Below, in pieces: positions 54,590 through 64,000 of a DNA stretch of 64,000 bases (position 1 is the first letter of the stretch; each line of letters starts with the position of its first letter). A model generated the notes under the pieces. That model did no database searches and was not told the DNA's origin. It saw only the letters and a list, made by a program, of their open reading frames with translations. The stretch lies in NCBI RefSeq assembly GCF_009914755.1, contig NC_060947.1; one strand, written 5' to 3'. Source of the DNA: the human T2T-CHM13v2.0 reference genome, Homo sapiens. The translations under genes were made by a program, and so were the position numbers.

Positions 54590-56662
54590 GAGGGATCCAT
54601 CACCTTGAGTATTTATCATTTCTACCTGTTGGGAACATTTTAAGACCTCTCTTCTACCTACTTTGAATACAATAAATTGTTGATAATTATATTCACCCTA
54701 CTCTGCTATAGAACACTAGAACCAATTTCTTCCTTCTAACCGTATGTTTGTACTCATTAACCATCCTCTCTTCATCGCCCCCTACCCACATACACACACT
54801 CATCCTTTTCAGCATTTCTTAATTATTGTTGTACTCTTTATCTCCATAAGATCAACTTTTTTAGCTCCCACATATAAGTGAGAACAAACAGTATTTGTCA
54901 TTCTATGCCTGGCTTATTTGACTTAACATAATGACCTCCAATTCCATTCACATTGCTGCTTTGAGGGTTTTCATCATGGAGGGATGTTGAATTTATCAAT
55001 TCTTTTTCCCCAACAGTTAAAATTATCATATAATTTTTATCCTTCATTCTATTAATATAATGTATCCCATTGATTGATTTGCATATGTTGAATCATTTTT
55101 GCATCTTGGGGATGATGAACTTGATAATGATGAATGATCTTTCTATTGTATTGCTGAATTAAATTTTGTAGTATTACGTTGAGAATTTTTGTATCATCAT
55201 TCACCAAACACATTTGCCTACATTTTTATTTTTTATATGTCTTTGTCTGGTTCTGTTATCAGTGTAATATGGGCCTTGTAGAATTAATTTAGAAATATTA
55301 TCTCTTCCTCTTTTTTTGAAACATTTGAGTAGACTTGGTGTTGGTTATTCTTTAAATATTTGGTAGAATTCAGCAGTGAATCCATTGGGCAACAGGATTT
55401 TCTTTACTGACAGACTTTTTGTTACAGCTTCACTATTGCTACTTGTTATTTATTTGTGAATGTTTTGGATTTCTTCATGGTTCAGTCTTTGAAGGTTGTA
55501 TGTATCCAGGAATTTATACATTTGTTCTTCTGACTTTTCCATTTATTGGTATGTACTTGCTTATAGTAACCACTAATGTTCCTTTAAATGTCTGCACTAT
55601 TAGTTGTAATAGCTCTTTCTTATCTCTGGTTTTATTTATTTGGGTCTTCATTCTTTCTAAGTCTGGAAAAAGGTTTGCCAATGTTGTTTAACTTTTCAGA
55701 AGACAAACTTTTTATTTAGTTGATCTTTTGTGTTGTTTTCTTTATTTCAATTTTATTTGTTTCTGCTCTGATTATTATTATTTTTTCTCCTAATTTGGGG
55801 GTTTATTTGCTCTTGCCTTTCTAGTTATTTCAGATGCATTGTCAGGTTATTTGATGTTTTTCCTATTTTTCTGATGTAGGCACTTATAGGTATAAAATTC
55901 CCTCTTAGAGCTGCTTTTGCTGTATCTCAAAAAGTTTACTTTGTTACATTTTCATTATCATTTGTTTAAAAAATTTTCAATTTTATTTTTAGTTTTTTTA
56001 TTGACCCACTGGTCTTTCAGGATCATATTGTTTAATTTCTATGTATTTGTATAGTTTCCAAAATTTCTCTTGTTACTTTAGTTTTATTGCACTGTATTCA
56101 TAGAAGATGCTTGATATTATTTTATTTTTGTGAATGCTATATGACTTGTTTTGTGTCATAACATATGGCCTGTCCTTGAGAATGATCCACGTACTCAGGA
56201 GAAAAAACTGTCAATTCTGAAGCATTTAAAAAAGTTTTCTTTAAGTATCTACTAGGTACTTTTGTTCTATACTGCCCATTAAGTTCAATGTTTCTTCATT
56301 GTTTTCCTGTCCAGGAGATGTGTCCAATGCTGAAAGTTGGGTGTTGAATCTCTAGCTATTTTTGTATTGGTGTTGATCACTCTCTGTAGCTCTAATAATG
56401 TTTGCTTTGCATATTTGGGTGCTCCACGGTAGGGTGTATATATATTTACAATTGTTTTATCCTCCTGTTGAATTGATCACTTCTTCATAGTAAAATAACC
56501 TACTATGTCTCTTCTTATATATTTGTCTTGAAATATATTTTGAAATATATTTTGTCTGATGTAACTATAGCTACTCATGCTTTTTTCGTTTTTGGTTTGC
56601 ATTCACACGGAATACCTTTTTCCATCCCTTTATTTTTAGTATATATGTATCCTTACAGGTGA
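54590..56662 (-). mobile_element. L1MA-type element: 3'UTR (54590-54960) fused to the ORF2 5' half (54961-56662)
   Basis: ccatcaccttgagtatttatcatttct, ttcaccctactctgctatagaacactagaac (L1MA 3'UTR); the far end encodes LKIKGWKKVF...NQK and GVAIV of the endonuclease. Confidence 0.85.
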
Positions 56663-56819
56663 GGAAAAGAAAATATGTTCATAAATACTAGAGGGATTAT
56701 TGTCCAGGCTATATATGTTATATTAATTATAACCATATCCAGGGAGATTGAGGAGAAACTTTTAAAGAAAAAAAGTCAAATTGCATTCAGGTTGTTTTAA
56801 AAGTTCAATAGTTACAGGG

Positions 56820-57130
56820 GATTGTTACATGTGATAATGTGTGTACAAGCCATTGCTAGGAGAGTGTCTTCACAGGAACAACCCTGACTGCAAGGTTGCA
56901 GTTCAGTAAGGTTACTTTCAAGGTTGTGGTTAGGACAGGCTTTTACTAGAAATAAGTCCTCACAGAAATAAGTCCTCATCATCTTTAACTGCATGGTTGT
57001 GTTTTTGGCAGAGTCCTTTGATGATAGCTCCTGTTGTCAGGCAAATAGGCATGAGGACCCTGCCTTCATGGCCTTGTGACTCCATTTTGTTAGGGTTTGA
57101 CATCAATAACTCCATTGTGATAAGTCTCAC
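56820..57130 (-). mobile_element. ERV1 LTR, LTR37-like
   Basis: cttcatggccttgtgactccattttgttagggtttgacatcaataactccatt...tctcaca is the reverse complement of an LTR37-like 5' end. Confidence 0.6.
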
Positions 57131-57389
57131 ACACACAGGACTTTGAATTCACAAAATATTATGTGTAAAATATTATTGTATTTCAAGGTTTCTCATTAAA
57201 TATCATTGCAACCTATATATTTTTTTTATTTTATCAAAGGTGGAATTAAAGTGTTTTCTTTTTAAGATTAATGCTATTTCCCAATACATTTTTAAAAATA
57301 TTAATTTATTATAAGATTGTCTCCCTATATTCTCCTCTCCTTAATTTTCATTCTAACAGATGTTATACTCTGTGCGTTATGTTCTTTAG

Positions 57390-57753
<364 letters not shown>

Positions 57754-58051
57754 TCAAATTAAAGAAAATAGTAATTTCGGAGAAAAATCTGGGACAGAGG
57801 GGCTTCCCCAAAGCTAGAAAAAGTGATTGACTCCTGTGATAGAGGAAAGCAAAAAATCAGGACATCTGTTAAGGAAAATTTGTGCTCTCTACGCTTTTGA
57901 CACCTCAGGAATAGAGTAGGGCCTCAGCACGAATGGATGCAGGGTATAGGAAGCTAGATCCTAGGCCTGGGACTCCAAAAATATGGCAGGGTACAGCAGA
58001 GGGCCCTCAATGGCATGCAACTTATATGACATTGAATGGAGGGCTGTCTTA

Positions 58052-58290
58052 CAAGCAGGCATGTCTTACAAGGTGGCAGGTGAGAGAGAATCAAAGGGGA
58101 AGAATCAAAGGGGAAGAGCCCCACACTTACCAATCAATCATATCTCGTGAGAATTAATTCACTATCATGAGAATAGCATGCGGGAACTGCCCCCATGATC
58201 CAATCAGCTCTCACCAGGTCCCTCCCTCAACACCTGGGGATTACAATTCAGATTACGATTCAAGATGAGATTTGAGACAAACCATTATCA
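58052..58290 (-). mobile_element. Partial THE1D/MSTA-type LTR
   Basis: aagcaggcatgtcttaca, tcactatcatgagaatagcatg, ccaggtccctccctcaacac, caagatgagattt...aaaccattatca. Confidence 0.85.
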
Positions 58291-58674
58291 GAGAGTGATG
58301 TTTCTTGTACACTCAAGTTGGTGGACTGAGAATAACAATCATAAGTAAGTTTTAATTTATGTATTTTATATTACAAAAATAGCATTTATTTTAAGTTATT
58401 CAACATAAAATATTATCAATTCTTGAATTTTGCAAATTATACATGCTACCAACTTCTGGCCCTAAAACTCTGATATCCTTACTCCCCAAATTCTTAATAT
58501 TTAGCAGCACCAAGAACAGAATCTAGGGCAACAATGAAATTTAAGAATGTAAACAGAGGGCACATAATTTGCAAAACAGACAGAAAGACAAACTAGCAAG
58601 ACAAAATAAGCCAGAGAATCAGTAATTAGTGCCTGCTACTGCTTAAGTTTTTTTGAAGGCATGAGACTAATGTC

Positions 58675-59066
58675 TGTTAAAAGCAAAACTTTAGACAGAT
58701 TATATTTAAGAGTTTAATTGAGCAAAAAACAATTTGTGTATTAGGCAGCCCCCAAAACCAGACTAGGTTCAGAGGCACTTTGGTGCTTCCATGTGGTCAG
58801 CAAGGATTTATAGACAGAAAAAGGAAAGTAACATCAGAAAATGGAAGTGAGGTAAAGAAACAGCTGGATTTGTGACAGCTTGATGTTTGCCTTATGTGAA
58901 CACGGATTGAACAGTTGGCCATTTTTGAATGGCCAAAACTAGAGTGATTGGTAGGTTACAGTCTGTTTACATATCCAGTTAGGTGAAGTTCACTACGCAC
59001 AGAGAAACCTTTAGACTAAATTTGAAATATGTAAGGAAGCAGCTTTAGCCTAAACATAATATAACA
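58675..59066 (-). mobile_element. MER57A/B-type ERV1 solo LTR
   Basis: Ends agagaaacctttagactaaatttgaaatatgtaaggaagcagctttagcctaaac...taaca, the reverse complement of the MER57 5' end. Confidence 0.85.
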
Positions 59067-60049
59067 AGTTATTGGCAACTGTAGGGCATCGGGAAATATA
59101 AATGTAGATAGAAATGCGGGGAGAGAACTATATACACAGTTTTTAATGGCTTCTTTTGGAAGGAAAGAGGTCTGGCATTTTCCCATGATTCTGAAACAGA
59201 GGACACAAGGGTTAGTTGAAGGAAAAAGCTGTCATGCCACTCAGTTAGGCACTTATTGGAGTGATGAGGCATGCACCCAGAAAATGGTGCAAGACATATG
59301 CATGGTGAAGGTCAGAGATCCAAAAGGAGACAGCTGCCTTTCTCATAATACTCCATGCAAGGACCTGGTACAAGGATGAATTCTGCTCTAGAAAACTACA
59401 TGAATTACCTATGTAGAGAACACATTATTTATAGAAATTACAACCTTCAGGTACACCTTGTGTGGATTGAGAATATGGGTGCATCCCTTCTGCCCTGCTT
59501 TCATTCAGAAGTACATATAGCCAGCTCTAAACATTAGTTTCTCCAGGGTCTAGTCAGGGGCAAAATGTTGACATTAGCATGAGGAGAAAGATCAAATGCA
59601 ATAAATGAGAATAGCTGCTCTCCTGACACACATAGTTTTTAAAAATTGAATCTCACTGCACCTACTGTTTTGTCACCTGCTTCTTCATTATATATTACCA
59701 GTGCCTGTCAGTGCCATTATGTACACTTCTTCCAAATAATTTTTGATAGCTTCATAAAATGTCTTTGACTAGAGGCATTGTATTTTAGGTAATCTTCATG
59801 TGGGAGAAAAAAAAAACCTTTCTTTTCCTTTTATTATTTGTGTGTGTGTTTAAATAGTTTTATTCTGTTATAAAGAATACAGCTCACACTTGATTTTTAC
59901 AATAAATGTTTAGGAGCAAAATAATTGAGTTAAAGATTATGGGCAATTTTAAGACTCGTAAGACACTCTGCTAAGTTGCTGTCCTAATTTGTATTTCTGC
60001 CAAAGGAGTAAGATATGGTCAATTTCCTGGTACCTTTACTGCCACTAAA

Positions 60050-60619
60050 TGTATTATTTATTTATTGCTGCATCATAAATTACCACAAACGTAACAGCTT
60101 AAAACAACACATATCTATTATCTCACAGTTTCTGTTTATCAGTAATCTTGGCTTGGTTAAGCTATATTCTCTACATCAAGATTTCACTAAACTGAAATCA
60201 AGATGTCAGCTAGACTGTATTCTTTTCTGTAGGTACAACTGGAGAACAATTCACTTCTAAGCTCATCCAGATTCTTGGCAGAATTCATTTCCTCATAGCC
60301 AAAAGACTGAGAATTTCCTTAAATTTTTCAGCTGGAAGTCTCCCTTAACTTCCCAGCAATGTGTAATCCTGTATAAGCAGTCCACAATATGACATCTTAC
60401 TTTTTTAAGGTCAATAGAAGTGCAAGGTAATGCTGGCTAGCAAGAGATTATTATATAACATAATCTAATCATGGGAGTGACATCCCATCACCTTTGCCAG
60501 TCTCTTAGTTAGCAGTATGTCACATATCCAACCCAAATTCTAGCAGAGGGTTTTGTACAAGGGTATGGACATCATGAGGCAGAAGTAATAGCAGGACAAT
60601 TTAAAAGCTGTCAAGCACA
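60050..60619 (-). mobile_element. MLT1E-type MaLR solo LTR
   Basis: taaattaccacaaacgtaacagcttaaaacaacac, cttctaagctcatccagattcttggcagaattcatttcc, atgggagtgacatcccatcacctttgcca; TSD ctaaa/ctaga. Confidence 0.85.
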
Positions 60620-60879
60620 CTAGATATTATCATTTTTTTTGCTTTTTATAAATCTAATATGTATTACTTGTTTTCATTTACACTTTAATTTGCACTCATA
60701 TGGTTTTGATGATTAAAATAAGTTTTAAAGGAAAAAGTGGTCAACAATATTAAATGCTGCTTACAGAAAAAATAACATATAAAATTCACAGCTTTAACTG
60801 AAATTAACCACAGATTACCTAGAACTCTTTCTGTACTGACTTCAACATTAACCAGGCATCAAAATAATTTCCAGAGAAG

Positions 60880-61222
60880 TAGTAATGTTTATGAGAATGC
60901 TATCTGGAGCTAGAATGCCTAAGTTTAAATATTAGCTCTGTTGTTTATAAGCTATGTGATGTTAGCCACTTACTCTCTCTGAATCTTAGTGTTCTTATTT
61001 GTAAAATCTGGATGATATTAATAAATGTTTAACTTTAGTGAGAACTTTCTAAGCACATTAGCATTATTTAACCTATGTAAATCTTAGTAACTTTATGAAA
61101 TAGAAAATTTTAAATATATTACCCTAGGCTGTGGTGAGGATTCACTTAGTTAATTTAAGCAAAGACATTAGAACAGTGCCTTGCATGTAATAAGCACAAT
61201 AAATGTTAGTTATTATCATTAC
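60880..61222 (+). mobile_element. MIR with an internal ~100-bp insert
   Basis: tctggagctagaatgcctaagtttaaat, ctctctgaatcttagtgttcttatttgtaaaa, gtgaggattcac...ttagaacagtgccttgcatgtaataagcacaataaatgttag. Confidence 0.75.
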
Positions 61223-61400
61223 TATGATATACATAGTATTGTATTCATATTCACGCTCTCAATGATAGAAATATAATGTTTAAACCCTCCCCCAAATTAT
61301 TAAGAGAATAACACATACACAGGAGAAAAGTGAATTCAGAATCACAGATACTTAATTAGTTACCTTATGGTCAAGTGACATATGTAATGTTTAAGTTCAG

Positions 61401-61683
61401 AAACTAACACAAGAACAGAAAACAAGCACCGCATGTTCTCACTCATAGATGAGAGTTGAACAATGAGAACACGTGAACACAGAGAAGGGAACATCACACA
61501 CCGGGGCCTGTTGGGGAGTGGGGGGATAGGGGAGAAATAGCACTGGGACAAATACCTAGTGTACATGGTGGGTTGATGAGTGCAACAAGCCACCATGGCA
61601 CGTGTATACCTATGTAACAAACCTGCATGTTCTGCACATATACCCCAGAACTTAAAGTATAATAAAAAAAATAAAAAATAAAA
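61401..61683 (+). mobile_element. Short 5'-truncated L1PA7-type 3' end
   Basis: gggaacatcacacaccggggcctg, ccaccatggcacgtgtatacctatgtaacaaacctgca, cccagaacttaaagtataata; TSD taagttcagaaa at 61392-61403 and 61684-61695. Confidence 0.92.
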
Positions 61684-62754
61684 TAAGTTCAGAAAATCGA
61701 GGAATCTCTCTTAAAAGAAACAAGCCATAAAGTATTTTTTAAAAATTGTTAGGATTTTGTTCCAGATAAAATTGAGAGACGAAAAATTACAAATTAATGA
61801 AGTAGTGGGTTCAATAGTAAGAAATGGCATGACCAAAGCTAGTCTCTAAGAACAAATTAAACAATATATATAACACAAACAGGTGCTCAGGCCTGACAGG
61901 AAAGTTCACACCAGAATATAGTTGCTCTTGATATACTGCATTAATTTGTGAATATTAATTCATCCACATATCTTTCCTGTTACTACATATTCAGCAAAAT
62001 GGTGATTTGTCATAATGAACACAGTAGCTCAATAAGAACATCATATCCAATGCTGAATTGTATACTTATGATCCCTATGAGGAAGGAAACAATTGAATGT
62101 CCTCCAGCTTTCATTTCCTCTAATTTACCATCAATTCATCCCTCAAAACCTACTTCATTCACAATACCTCCTCAGACATTCACAAGCTCCTGAAATGTCT
62201 GTTATCATTTATCGTACAAAGACATAGCACCTTGCATGTTTACGTAAATATCAAGAATATAAATTGTGGTTTTCAATAAGAGGGCAGGCTCCTGACTGGG
62301 GAGGAATCCGGATTTACAGCAGGAAAAGAGATTATTATTTATTGAGCACGTCATACACTTCTGACGCTATGCTAAGTGTGTTCACACATATTTGTGCATT
62401 AAACTCTCACCAAGACCATTCACTGTAAGCCTGACTAACAAGAATCCAGTGATCTCGCTATTCTGATTAGAACGGTTTGTGCTGATGAAATATACATATT
62501 CTCTTTTCACTGATGTATCTAAAATATGATGACAAAAATGACAAGAAGTGGGCCTTACAACTTGTAGCTCATTGTACCACACAAGCACAGACAACATCAC
62601 CCTTAACTCATTAAATTCCAGTGATTTAAAATGAGTTGTGTATTGGATATGGCAGAGGTATCCCTCTGAGAGAATGGACACTATACTGAAAGTCAGGAAG
62701 CATAAAGCCTCCATCCAGGTTGTAAGCCTTACCCTGCTACTCATATAGTCCAGA

Positions 62755-62930
62755 AAATAGCAAAAATAAAATGTATTTAGTGAATATTTCTTATAGCCAG
62801 ACACTCTTCTAAGTATACCTATGAATTCATTCAATCTTCACAACTACATGAAGTAAGTACTATATCAACGATGTTGTATATATGAGAAAACTTGTCCTAG
62901 TAGATGACAACTGAAAAGCTTCACTTCAGG
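62755..62930 (-). mobile_element. MIR fragment
   Basis: tatttagtgaatatttcttatagccagacactcttctaagt...tcattcaatcttcacaactacatgaagtaagtactat. Confidence 0.65.
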
Positions 62931-64000
62931 GGATCTCTTCGCTTGTTTGTCAATTTTGAAATGTAATTGGTTTCTCCCTGCCCCCTGCCTTCTGCCCCAG
63001 CCCTTTGGGTATTTGAGAACCAAATTATAGAAAGAAGCACTTTGTTTTATCAATAATTTTTCTGTATAATACACTTAGTCATCTTTACTTGTCAACATTT
63101 CTTAATAATATGAATAGTAACGAGTTTCAAAACATCCGGAATATTACCTAACTCTGTACTTCAGCCTATAAACCTAGAGAATATCAATGCAATTCTATAA
63201 ATCTTTAATTTACAGGGAAATTATAATGTTATATGGTGGCTATAGGAGTGTTTTAAGAAATTTAAAGTGCTCTACATGGGTAAAGATTAACCAAGTAGAA
63301 TACTTGCTAAATGCAAGAACTTATTTCTGTTTGCCTTTGATTCGTTTTCTTAAAAAGCACGTTTACCTCAAAAACAATTCTATCTTTTTCTCTTCCTATT
63401 GCCACTGCATCAGACAAAAATGTCTCTACCCTTCTTTAACTGGGCCTTCCTGCTTCTCTGGTTCTTGATAATAATTAATTCAAGTAAAAAGAGGTTGCTT
63501 TTGGTGTTGTACATTAAAATGGGCAGTCACAGAATGCATGGAAAGGCAAGGGGAGTATGGGAGTTTAAAAAGGTAGAAACTAATGTTCACACTGCGGTAT
63601 AGCAGTTATGCAGAAAAGAAGCAAGGAGCAGAATTTGAAGAAGTCAAAGGAAAGACTTGAAGAATAAGTCTACCAGGGCAGTCCCTCTTGTCACTGAGAG
63701 CCCCTGAGAATTCTCAGCAGAAGCAATGTAAGAGAAGCAGATTTGGCCCTATATAGGGTAAAATATTCAAGAAACTCAAGTTTGAGAATAGGGAGCATTA
63801 CTCCCAGAGGGGAATGTGCACTCATGCTGCCGTAACTTGAGAAAGTTGTTTTTAACACAGACAACTACACTTTCTTTGTAATTCTCAAGCTATAATTAGG
63901 CATATGTAGACAAAGCAATTGTGTAGAATGTTCAAAAATGTCAATTCATCATGTTTTTATTTTCCACAAAGGAGAAATGTTTTTTTCTTTTTTGATGGGT

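Noticed and set aside
54961-56662. Idea that this endonuclease segment is the piece missing from the 39.5-45.1 kb L1, moved by inversion
   Set aside because: It overlaps ORF2 sequence still present at 42850-43300 and is attached to its own 3'UTR, so it is a separate element
62382-62834. 150-aa minus-strand ORF
   Set aside because: No recognisable domain, both ends lie in MIR-like fragments, and the composition fits AT-rich non-coding DNA

Overview
AT-rich, CpG-poor primate (human-like) genomic DNA, either intergenic or deep intronic. By eye roughly two thirds is interspersed repeat: 7 Alus (including an AluYd-type copy with the diagnostic 12-bp deletion), L1s of many ages (L1PA3, L1PA7, L1PA13-like, L1MA/L1M1, L1MB, L1ME), a complete THE1C MaLR provirus with both LTRs and TSD, about 13 solo or partial LTRs, plus MIR, L2 and hAT/Tigger remnants. 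I find no supportable protein-coding gene, RNA gene or CRISPR; the listed ORFs are Alu, L1 or THE1 fragments or chance ORFs. I see no convincing new biological system. The most unusual signal is a set of locally templated rearrangement scars, visible because they interrupt repeat consensus sequences: a 140-bp inverted copy inside an L1, a 22-bp copy from 1.4 kb away inside a MIR, three fold-back hairpins and many short tandem duplications. Subfamily names come from recalled consensus sequences, not a database search, and boundaries of old repeats are approximate.
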